Shown here: piece by piece, positions 35,861-48,500 of the stretch
Layout: each line of letters starts with the position of its first letter
How positions within the stretch are numbered: position 1 is the stretch's first letter
Assembly: GCF_964355755.1 (NCBI RefSeq)
Contig: NC_092675.1
Coordinates: forward strand, 26,508,912 to 26,572,911
DNA length: 64,000 nucleotides
Source of the DNA: Antedon mediterranea
Lineage: Eukaryota > Animalia > Echinodermata
Direction of reading: 5' to 3'
Notes under the pieces: model-generated
The model's database searches: none
What the model was told of the DNA's origin: nothing
What the model saw: the letters and a program-made list of their open reading frames with translations, nothing else
Made by a program: the position numbers and the translations under genes

Positions 35861-38800
35861 GAATGGAGAATCGAGTCATTTTGTCCCTCTCTCTGTTTTG
35901 TCAACAAACGATGAGGGCGGTAGTAATAAAAACAATTACTGTATTTTGATATTGCGAGAATTCGAGATAAGAGCGATGGTTTTGATATTATTATTTTTCT
36001 GTTGGAATTGGCCCTCATCAACCTTAGGCCTAAGTACTTTACTTATTTCTCCTGTTTATATTTTGGTGGGATTTTTTTTTTCACTTCTTGAAAACTGTAC
36101 ATCATCAATTAAGTATTAATATTGTCTTGTTGAGGTTATTTCCAGGGGTTATTTTCAACAGTATTTTTCTCAAATTGACTAATCAAAATATAACTTAAGT
36201 TACAGTATAAATATTTTTTTAATTCAACTTGATAAAAAAACACACATGAATAATGATGCTCTAAATATTTTCAGTAATTTTCATTAAAATGAAATGATTT
36301 TATTATCTTTGCGCTGAGTTCGTTCGATTCTATTCTATTAATTTCAAAATCTATTTTTATCATCACTGCTGGTATTTTGAAAAGGGGACCAGGATGTTCA
36401 TTTTGATAACGCTAGAAATAACGGATGACAATGTCAACAGTGATGTCACTCATGATGAGACTTGGCAGAAGATAGAGAATGACAATGCTAAGAGGATCGG
36501 AGCACAGTCGGTGATGACGAAGAAATATAAATGAGTAAAATGTAATGTTGTTCGATTTATATAGCGCTTATTTATACAGTCAAAAGATTGTACCAAAGTG
36601 GGAAGAAATTGTCGAATTGAGAATTGTGATGGCAAGGATTTTTGTTTATCAATCTAATCATCCGTCCTCTTGCTTGATTGATTTTTTTCTCCTATTCTGA
36701 TTTTCTGTCTCTTGATACCGTAATGATTTTAAAATTGGATCACAGACACTGATTCCTGAAGGGGTGTGTCCCAATAAATTATATGTATTATACATTTTTT
36801 TAAACATAGACAAGTTTTAACATTTTTCCAACTAGTAGAAAATCTTTGGAGTGACGCCTATTGGTAACAACTGAGCTGTTGCCCTTTTTGATAGTCCTGC
36901 GCAATGAAGATGTTTGTCGTTGTACAATTGCGTTTGCAAATTATCAAAATAAAATTAAATAACACAAATCATGTTGTTGATGAAAGAAAAATGAGGACGT
37001 TTTTTTCATTAACGAAAAACAGGCTGATAGCCGAAGACATTATTAATATCAAAGTGATCGGGTCATTGTGTAATCGGTGTAAATTAGTTATGACGTCAAA
37101 CACGCTGTCGAGATTGTGCGCATAAAGCTAATTAGTTGTTTTAGTCGAGGATAGGATCGTCTAATTACAGATTAATCCATTGCCTCGTAACCGTGAGTAT
37201 ATTATTTGTGAACAGGTCCAGCACATTAAAAATATAATGGTCCTCTGAAAAAGAATCAAAATGGTCAATTTGTCAATAGGTCACTTTAAATAGTTTATTC
37301 ACTAGGATAACAAATTGGATCGAAAAAACAAATATTTTCCTAATACTAAGGCCTATAGGTATAAAATTAGAAAAAAACGTATATCCTCCACTTCACCCGT
37401 ACAACCGTCATTTAAAGGGAAATGATTCTGCCTGGAAGTCAAATTTAGTTTAATATTTAGGCCTAACAGTTTATTTTCTTTTTGTTTTGAAAAGCAAAAC
37501 AATGATGTTTGTTTTTTGCGTAGAAGCAACTATTAGACCTAAAATACCTATTCAGCCTTGACTAACAAGAAGCCCTATCACGAAATTAATTACAGTCTAG
37601 GCCTATATATAGATATTAATTGCTATAATTGATATAGGCTTAATGGCCATCTGACATGGTGCTAAACTAAGTGTTAAGTTCACATGTTCACAGTGGTCAT
37701 TGTGCATGGGAATTGAACACTAGACCCGGGACTAGACCATCCAGATAGGCCTACAAAAGTCAAGCAGAATAATGAAACTTCATCTTAGTCGACCGTATCA
37801 GCCGCATCAATTAGATACGTCAACTCGGATCAAATAAATAGTAGGCCTAAGAATATATCAAGTGGGTTTTTTTAATACACATCAACGTTTGTAATTGTAA
37901 TTCCTTGTTACGATAGATGTACAATTAGCATTCAATCTAACCGTGATATTTTTTCGTGGCAAAATGCTACCAATAATCAATAATACAGAACACATTTGCC
38001 GTTTAACTTCACACCCCTTTGTTTTAAATGGATCAGACCATGATTTCCCACATGAAATATGAACCTGATCATTATGATTGTCCTTAACATAACCTATACC
38101 ATCGGTACGATCGTTGTCAGATATATTTTATTTCATCTTCCTCTTGCAGGTAAGTAGTTATCATTATAATATTATTCGTGAATTATTAAATGTGTATAGG
38201 CCTATACTAATCGCTTACATCGTGTGCTTTTTGTACGTAATTCTTCTCAATTATTTCACTGACAAAGGCTCTCTCTTAACATAAAGTTTAAACTTAGCAG
38301 AGAACAGCGAGTTGAGTTGCGTAATATTTTAATTTCTCACACAGAACATGCAATAGACCTAGCGTGTTTACTCATCAAAACATAAGCCTTTTGAATAGGC
38401 CAAATGTGAATTGTAGGCCTACTTCAATACATTTTTTAATTAATATTTCATCATTTTCATTGTTGTTATTATTATACTATCGTCAATTACACTATCAGTC
38501 ATCATCATCATCATTATCATTATTATCCACAAATCACTGCTTAATAGTTTGTCATTAGTCGGTACAGCGGCCTATATGTACGGAGTAAAACAGATCGTCG
38601 GGCTTCGGTGTGTTCGATACCACTTACAGAATATCAAGCAGGTAAGAGAATAACTGAAGAATACATTGCCATTGGCCATATGTTAAGTAATTCCATAAAA
38701 TGTTGCTGGCATGCACGGTTTAAAAAAATAATACTTGATTTTGAGTGTACAATGTTTAATACTAGCCTACTAACGCAATGTTTGGTTTATCCATGGTTTA

Positions 38801-41800
38801 TCAGGCTATTTCATCTCGTTATACGTTGTTACGAGATTATTGTGAGATAGTCTATTAAATCAGCATATTTCTTTTTTGCGTTTCGGTGCATGGTACGTCC
38901 CTCCACCCCCACCCCATTTCTTTAAAACAAATCAAAAATTCGATTTCAATTGTAACTCACGAGTATCCCTCATTGTAATTATATAGTCCCTTTATAATCT
39001 ACCATAGTAATATTAATACCATCAAAGGATTTTCAAAAACAATGCGACGTTGTAAGGAATAGAAAGCTGGAAAATATTAATCTTCTCCTACCAGAACCTC
39101 CCGTGACCAGAACTGTTATCCTTTTAGTTCCGATTGTCGTAATTTCGTCGTCGTCATCAGATCAGGGACGCAGCCAAGAGGATAAATGGGGCCTAACATT
39201 TTCAGAAATAATAAAAACTAATCGGAGTTTGAGCGGTTGCCTTTAAAATATGAACGTCGATTTTGGATGAACATTTGACGGGTTATTCTGGGATTCTGAC
39301 CGCTGCTGGACGAGGCTCTCGCTTGAGATCTGCAGGTGTTCGATTATTGTTCCCATCACACCATGACGATTAGACAGCGTATGAAATGTGCAACCGTCTT
39401 GACACGTTCATTGTACACGTTTTTGGTACTTCTTGACGGGACACGTCAAATAAGATGCCTACATGTCTGATCGTTGTTAAACTGACTAAAACGATCGGGG
39501 GACCTGGACGGCTCTGGCCCCATCGCAAGAAGCTCGCAAACCAAGTACTATTCTAGTTGACTGCCTCCCACCTCGAATTTAGCGATGGTAGCTTTGCGGA
39601 GAACAATCAGTTCAGGTTGTTCTGGTTATAAACATATCACAATTTATAATAAACACCACCAATAGCCACTGCAGAGCTTGTACCAATCATAAGGGGCAAT
39701 GCAGGCTTAGTATTACCCAGGCAATCAATCAATTGGTTTCTACCCATGGATCCGGTAGTTGGGGTAGAGTACCCCACCGCACCACCACAACCCATCAAAC
39801 TTCAGTGTTTTTTAATCCTCTGAATCCAATTTTAGTTCGTTAGAGGCCTATTAACATAAGTTAACAATAGACGATAAAAACAATCATTAACAAGATATAG
39901 GCCTACCATGGACCTATCCTATCATCGTCATCGTTATCGTCCGTAAATCAGGCCCAGTAGACGTCCTACTTAATTATGATTGATTGATTATTTTCTAAAA
40001 TAAATGCGTTTATTTCGCTTTGTCACGTATCCTACATCATGTCTAGAGGCCTAATGCCTGCCTTCTTATTGCATCATTCTGTCGGGTTTTTTCTCTTGTT
40101 TTTTTTAAATTTATCATGATTGAATCCGATCATATTTATAAAACTGGCTGATATCATAATTTGTGCCGAGCGAGTCATAAAGATATTAAATATTCAACGG
40201 TAGAGCATAGACAGTTATGTTTTACTGGAAACTGCGCATTAATGTAGCCTATGTCATAAATATATTACGAAGCATGAGTATAGTAACAATAGTCGTATGT
40301 TTTAATGATTATGTGAAATCTAAATGTTATACGCTACAATTAATTATGTTAATGTGACATCGTGGATAGACCGTATACAATAGTGGAACCAGACCCTATT
40401 ACACGGGTCCATGAAATACAGTATTTTTTGTTGTTACGTACATATTGTTTGTGTGCTTGGTCTAATCGTTATTGAAGTGTACCATGCGTTTGTGGATCAG
40501 CTGATGTGATATGAGACGAACGTTGGTGATTGCATAAGAAAAACCCTGGCGTGACAGACGATCACGTGATCAATTTGTGAATGAAAAAAACTCGTACGAT
40601 AGATGCACTATGCAGGAATTGTAGTGTACAACTGTAATTCGTAGATTATGCTAGTTTGCATATCATCACCGGCGTATAAGTACTACACTGAAGCTTTCGA
40701 ATAATAATAATAGCTATTCAAAGGCTTTCATTATCTTTGATTATTTAGCAGCAGCATTTAAAACTGAAATTGTAGGTTTATTTTGTTTTTTTATTTCGAT
40801 ATAATTGTTTGCTTAGCCTAGTATTTGATAATTGTATTTTGCATGTCATCTGTTTTATAGAATGTACGTTCATTTTTGTTTGCATTTAGTGGATAATTAA
40901 TTTGTGGTTTATGAATTAGCTTTGCATTTGTATGATACGATACTCTGTCGGACGAATTGACTATAATATTTAGCTTATTAGGCATACTGTAGTAGGTTTG
41001 TGTATAAATTTGATGGGATTATTCAGTGTATTAGCATCTGTTTTCTCACCCCATTTCTTATTATGGGCCTGGAATATAATAAATGAATATAAAATAAAAC
41101 TGACTGTTTTTTCTCTGCGCTCTCCATCGATGGCTGTAAACGTACGTGGCCTGTCACCTAGTGACGACTTATTATTACCATTCCTACCTTTATCCAAGGC
41201 AATCTAAAGCCCGGCGCACACTAGGCCTAGGCTAGAGCTTCCGGCTTAGCCAACATGATGCTGAGCTTTGAAGATCAAAGGGTTTATCTGTGGCTGCGAC
41301 ACGATCAGTTCCACTACCCTTTTTTAACAGATACCACCGGCGCGCGGTGATAATATCAAAGGACTGTTAAGAGTGGCCTATTTTGGCAAGCCGAGCTCAG
41401 GTGGTGCCCTGTAACGTTGTATTGGTTGTTTGCTTTTCAAACGCTGGCGCGTAAGCTTGGAGGATTTTTTGGCGAATAGGCCTACATACATGGCGAATTA
41501 ATAAACCATTAGACAATTATTACGTAGGTAACAACGGTCCAAGGCGGAGGAAATTCAACTTCTGCGCATGCCCACATCAAACTAAACTGCCAAATTCTCG
41601 ACTACACAGACTATTGACCAATCAGGTTACTGGATTAAGATCAGAAAGCTGACGACAAGCAAAAGAGGCATTAGGCCTATACTAAATAACAACAACCAGC
41701 TAAATTCATTCGTAGACAGGCTACTTATTTACAATTATTTGGCTTGTTACAATATATGTCGGCCTACATGCATACACTGGTCTTCTAAGTACAAATCTTT

Positions 41801-42377
41801 CTTCGTATTTATGTCGTTTGTTTTATGTTTATGTTTATTTGCCATCATTCCTGGAAAATTAGATTCACTGGAAAAAGAATCAAACGCAATCGAATTATTT
41901 GCGCGTGTATAGAATGAAAAGAAGGTCGGATTTTATACCTCACGCGCTAGCATCCATGCAGCCAAGGAAAATCTATTTATTTCCACAAAAATAGACAATC
42001 AGCATTGTATGGCATGGAATAGAATAAAAGAGGATCCGTATTACACAAGAGAGTCTAAGGTAAGAAGATTTGACCAACCCCAATAATCCGCGGCGCTATT
42101 ATCATAATCTTTGTTCGAATTTCTAGGAATCTATTTAGGCTTAGGCTAGGCCTAGACATTTATTATTCCAAATGCCTTGTTTGATTAGCCTACTTGTCTG
42201 TGTCTTTCAATATCTCCACAATAAAAGCGAGGACGTCAACAAATCATAAAACGACGATCTGCTATAAACTGATTGTTGGTTCCTGGTTGAATGTCAGAGC
42301 GTTTTTATTTGCGATACCATTTATAAGTTTATTATTTTATACTTTTTCTTAGGCTATAAATTTATAATAATATAGAG

Positions 42378-42573
42378 ATGCCACCACGGAATCACAGCGA
42401 GCGGACAGAGTTGTCTCCGTCAGCGGACGAAGCCATCGAAGGAATTGATAGAAAACAGTATCAGAGAGACATTGTGTGGCGGAATGTTTTCATCATGGGA
42501 TTAATTCATCTTGGTGCTGTTTATTCCTTCCTGTTTGTGACATGGAAATGTCATTGGCTTACGTTAGTATGGG
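42378..42573 (+). CDS. SCD: SCD-A exon 1
   Basis: MPPRNH...[19 protein letters not shown]...TLVW|gtaggc; acceptor at 42352 upstream of ATG. Confidence 0.92.
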
Positions 42574-45500
42574 GTAGGCACATTGTGATTGTAATTATAC
42601 ATTATCTAAATAGTTACCTGTTTATAGCGAATTGATTATAACGTCATTTGATTTGATTGGACGCGAAACGTCGCTGTAAAGCTTGGTTCCCACTAGCACG
42701 CAACGTAAGGACGTAGACGCAACGCAAGTGAAGTGACCAATCACAAGTGATGGCTTATTCGCTTCTGATTGCTAAAGCTTGGTTCCCACTAGAACGTAAC
42801 GCAAGGACGTAAACGCAACGCAAGCGTTTTAACCAATGACAAGCGAAGTTATAGACAGTTAGCAATCACAAGCGAATAAGCCATCGCTTGTGATTGGTCA
42901 ATTCACTTGCGTTGCGTTACGTCCTTGTGTTACGTTGCTAGTGGAAACCACGCTTTACTGTCTATAACTTCGCTTGTCATTGGTTAAAATGCTTGCGTTG
43001 CGTTTACGTCCTTGCGTTACGTTCTAGTGGGAACAAAGCTTTATGGAAACCAAGCTTTAGTTCCTACTACTTTTTAGGTTCTTGCGTTGCGTCCAAGTGA
43101 AAATTTAATCAAGCTTCAATGGCCTATTTTAAGTATTTTGTAACGTCGTTTATTGCATAACAATTAATATTAAAACAATATGTATTATTTTTCTTTCAAC
43201 AGCTGTATTGCTCTATTTCTTGAACGGAATTGGGATAACAGCCGGAGCCCATAGGCTATGGGCTCATCGAAGCTACAAGGCTAGGTTTCCGCTCAGAGTT
43301 TTTCTTGCTGCATGTAATTGTTTGGCGTTCCAGGTACGTAAGTTCCCACGCACAAAGGACGCAACGCGAAGATGCGTCGTAAATTAGTTTGTGATCATCA
43401 ATAACGACACTGTTTCGGAATCCATCGCGTGATTGGTCAAATTACGTTGCGTGTACGTCCTTAAAGGCCTGTGCACACCGAACGCGAAGCCGCGAAGCGT
43501 CATGCGTCACGCGTCATTCGACGGATCGCTTTGAAAGTTGAATTGTCATGCGTCTATTAGTTTTTCTTGTCGGTTCCCACTAAACGCGTCACGATGTGCT
43601 TGCTAGGCCTAGGAGATAGTGTGTTGGCCAATACAATGCTACATTTAAAATAATCAGAGAAGATGACTCTGAAGTATTTCCTATGTAAGTTTAACCAGAG
43701 AAGAGTTAAATTAAAATGTAATTTAACTCTTCCCTGGTTACACCAATCACAGTGTTTGGTTTTGGTGGGAAAATGTTATCCGTTTCCAAAGCCTGAAATG
43801 TGCATGATTGTATGTATATATCACAAGGACAGAAGAAGATGTATCCAATATCAATACAGTTACAAGAATTAAAGCATTTATTGCATGTTGATTACACGTA
43901 CATGTGATCTGCTGACTGTATTTATTAGTGGTGTTACAAATATCTTTCAACAGAGGTTATTATAACCATATAAAACATTTCATATAAACACGAACTGGGA
44001 ATCTTCCTGGGTTTGTCATTTTCAAATATAAACTATAGGCCTAATATTAATGTAAAGTTTTCACATTCATTTTCTAATTATTATTAAATATTATATTATT
44101 CATGACAAAACATACATTTTTTTTCTCATTAGATTAAATGTAATAAATATCCCAAACTCATATTTACACTGTATATTATCTTATGACTTTTTCACATAAA
44201 TACACTTATTGAAATAGTGAATCATTGTTTTTAAAGGTATCATTAAATATCAACCAGATTTTCTTTTTTACTACTCCTGAATACTTTCGCAAAATAATAT
44301 CAAAATAATAAATTTAAAATGTATCATCCCAAAAAAAATGAAAATTGAAGAAATATTATTATTGTTAAAAGTGAATAACTAACCCTAAAGTGTTATACTG
44401 TATTACACACAACGAAAATGTTTTAAATTATATTTTCAGGAAGACAATATAATAATCTTTTCCAAAAAATGACACTAAACTTAAAGATGTATTGTCCCAT
44501 AGAATCATGAAAAATGAAGATGATTAAAATCAAATTTGAATAGGACATTTTGTAGTTTTAACAAAGTTAATCACTTACATAGAAAAAAAACCCCAACAAA
44601 CTTATGTTTTCACTTATAAAATGAAAAAAATTCCATTAGCTGGCAGCCAATTTGACTATTTTTTTAGTATTGTAGTATAACAAAACATATACATATATTT
44701 CCATGTGTTCTCTATTGCTAAAAAAAGACATTCAGTTCAGCTTTCCTTCTATAAACACTTAATAAATACCAGTTACAGTCCAACTCCTCCTTAATCTCTT
44801 CCATTTTTCTATAAAAAAAAATGAAACAAGTATTAAAAAATTGCTATAGTAAGGCATATTGCTCAAATCATTTTTTCTGGCCAATGTATGTCACCAACTG
44901 ACATACAAATTTGAAAAAAGTCTATACAAACCTGTGTCAGCCTCATAATTGCCAGTCCACGTTTTTTAGGAGCAATTGCTCTTAGTCTTAATTCCATGGC
45001 AATATACTGGCCGCTTAAACTACTAGCTTGGTCATTGGTGGAGTTTGTAACGCTGGTAATAGCCTGAAGGATCCAATTTATCAATGTTCATCTAATTGAC
45101 CTAAAAGAAACAAAAACAACAGTATTTATGTATTAATTAATATTATTACTACTAGGCCTATCCTAGCCTTACAACACTAGGCCTAAATCAACTAAATATT
45201 AGGCCTATAAATATTAATTAATAATAATAAGTAGCCTAGGCCTAGGCTAAACCTAGCCTAGCCTAGTACTGTACTCATTTATTTGTAGGCTTAACCTAGG
45301 CTAGGCCTGGCCTAGCCTACTAGGGTATATGAGGCCTAGCTAGGCCCCCGCTAGGCCCTAGTATGGCCTAGGCCTAGGTAGGCTAGAAATAGAAGGCTTG
45401 CGAACTCACTTTACAAATTGATCTCTGAGGCGTTTTAGGCCTAGTTTTTCTGGCATTCTTCTACACACATGTTTGTCTGAAATTATTGTCTTCATGCATT

Positions 45501-48500
45501 AATCCTTATGTTTCTGTCTGTGTATGACTTACTTCCCTTATCGTAAAGACAAGAAGAAGGGTAATGACAAATTATTTCCATAAAGACCTCGCTCGTCAGC
45601 CACCATTTTTTTGCCGTCGGTGTCGTCGATGAGAGATATTCCTGACTTCTGATTGGTTGACGAACGCAAACCGCGCTCGCGACGCCTCAAAAAGTTGACC
45701 AAGGTTCAACTTTTGAAAATTCGCATGCGAAGCCTTCGCTGCTGTCGTTTTCAACGCGTTGAAGTTGAAATTCGACTATCGTACACTGTTCGCTTGTATG
45801 TTCACACTGGAAGCGTCCGTCGCCTGCCGCGTGCGTCACTTTTTAACGCGAAATTCGCGGCTTCGCGTTTGGTGTGCACCGACCTTAAAGCTTGGTTCCC
45901 ACTAGAACGTAACGCAAGGACGTAAACGCAACGCAAGCGTTTTAACCAATGACAAGCGAAGTTATAGACAGTTAGCAATCACAAGCGAAAGCCATCGCTT
46001 GTGATTGGTCAATTCACTTGCGTTGCGTTACGTCCTTGTGTTGCGTCGCTAGTGGGAACCACGCTTCACGTTGCGTCCTACGCGTACACATGACCTTTGA
46101 CACGCGTCTTCAAATTGGACGAAATGTTTCGAGCAACACACGATGGATAGACGACGATAACAATTTCGTACAGAAAACGATAGAAATGATATAAACTTTA
46201 AATTCAAATTAACGTTTTATTTAATAATGTGTGTACAATTAAAAATGCAAAAATACAAGCATAAAAGTCATATACTGGATTTTTCTGTTAGTCATAAAAT
46301 CATTTATAACCAATAAACAGATAAATAGACATGGCTACGGTACACAATGGAGAATAGGTTTATGGTTTCCGGATCTACATATGGCTTTCCGATTGCGAAA
46401 TCCTTTTGTTTTTTCATTACCACATATGCCAGCCAATCAATTATGCAATGCATTGTTATTAATTAAAGGAGCTACCGAGAAATAATGCGAAAATGAACAA
46501 GGTGAAACGATAGTTGGAAATGCCAATAAAATACGTCGTTTGCAAGCAGAACATTTTGATTGTTTAATATATCTCTTCCCTTTTTTGTTTTCGTTTTCGT
46601 TTTGTTTTCTTACCTTACCTTAAATGCTATTGGTTGCGATTTACGGGACCATTATTATTGAGGAAATAGTTTTCTATAAATGATCGAAATGTTTTTAAAA
46701 CTTGACAATATATACCTATTGCGTGTATAGGCCTATTTACCGTTTAGGCTCTAACGTCAAAGTTTGATATTATAGTACATGCCTGACAATGGCAACAAAG
46801 TATTTGATTAAACGGTCTACCAGCAAAATTATTTACAGCAGTGACATAAATCTGTTTAATATAGCTAATATAATAATAATATTTAGAATACTAGACTAGT
46901 GAATGTAAAGCTTTGTCTATACTATCACACTAGTTTGGCAAAATAAGTGCATTATGGGCATTATACGTTTTGTCACATAAAGTTCAGTACGGTAGTATAT
47001 AGACAAAGCTTAGCGCGATATTCTTCTACAGTACAGTGTGAACCACTGTTAAGGGTCTTTCACACCTGTTCCGTGCGCGCCGGAACAGGTGTGAAGACCC
47101 TTTAAGGGGACAACTTTTGGAACCTATAATAGCGATGTCCCCATGGATATGGGTTGGTCGTAGTGTTAACACATGTTTTCCCGCGTTTGTCTGTAAGTGC
47201 TTAAAGAGATGGGCCTATCCCCTGAATATGAGTGTCTCACAAAGGAGGGATTCTATAAATATTGGTATGACACGCCATGTGTGCCAACAATTTGTTATGC
47301 TAATATAGTACTATAAATTACGATACTTAAATTTTCTTACTTTATTTGAAATACAGAACAGTATATATGAATGGGCACGTGATCACCGAGTGCATCACAA
47401 GTATTCCGAAACTGACGCTGATCCCCACAATGCAAAACGTGGCTTCTTTTTCTCCCACATCGGTTGGCTATTGGTTCGAAAGCATCCTGACGTCGTATCT
47501 AAAGGATCTCGACTTAAAGTGGATGACCTTTTGGCAGACCCAGTTGTAAGATTTCAGAAAAAGTAAGAATTTAAATAATTGTGAATCGTCAACATTGGCG
47601 TGTTTAAATATTGTTCAAGAACAGAGGAGGCATTTGTGATTTCCTTTAATTTGACTGTAATTAGACTTGAGTAGATGTGAGTGTAGTAGAAATAATTTGA
47701 GAGCATTACAGATAATCCATGCTAACATGTGATTGCGTGAATCACTTATGTACGTGTTTCATAAATTATGGTTTAGCATACCCACGTAAGGTTTTATTCT
47801 AACGATCGATAACAAGGTCCTATGAGTAATTTAAAGCATTAATAGCATGTGCAACAAACGGCAGAAATATATCGATCCAAGTCTGTCTAACTTCGGTACA
47901 GCATCTGCAATGAGTGGTAATTTCGCACACAATTAAGTACTATTTCGAAATTGCGACTTAGTACTGGTTGGTAGCCTATGTCGACATTTCGACATTATAG
48001 TTTACTTCAGCCACTTCCTCCTCATCTTCCTCCTTTTTTTTTTGTGTATGTGAATTCTTGCAAAAACATGTTTAATCCACTGATTGAGAACACCATCTTT
48101 TCCAGTTTTTATAATATTGGCATTTAGGGCATCCATTTTGAAATTTACAATTTTTAACATTATTTGGGCACTGCGTTAATTTTATCTATTTAGTCATGGA
48201 GAAGTAATTTGCCTAACTTATTTCTCCATGATTTAGTATTGCCAAAAATGTTCGACTGGATTACGCCCTCTACTAGATTACGACCGCCGCAGTGTACGAT
48301 TATACTGTAATCATAGAGCACATTTAACATTAAGACGGGACCAGTTACAGTTAAACGTCCATTCTGAACCACGGCGAACAAGTAATTACAACATTACATA
48401 GCCTACTTTATTTAACTTTAAACACTACAAACTTTATAATTTTAAACATTAAACATTAAATTGTTTTATTTTACAGGCACTATGCAATCCTTATGCCAGT

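Noticed and set aside
36440-36560. Possible C/D box snoRNA (ATGATGA, GTGATGA)
   Set aside because: No suitably placed CTGA D box or terminal stem.
39140-39790. GC-richer intergenic block that might be an exon or LINE remnant
   Set aside because: No open frame or recognisable motif on either strand by eye; left unassigned pending BLASTX.
45653-45925. 90-aa Arg-rich ORF
   Set aside because: Runs through the GC-rich Harbinger TIR and into a MITE; non-ATG start.
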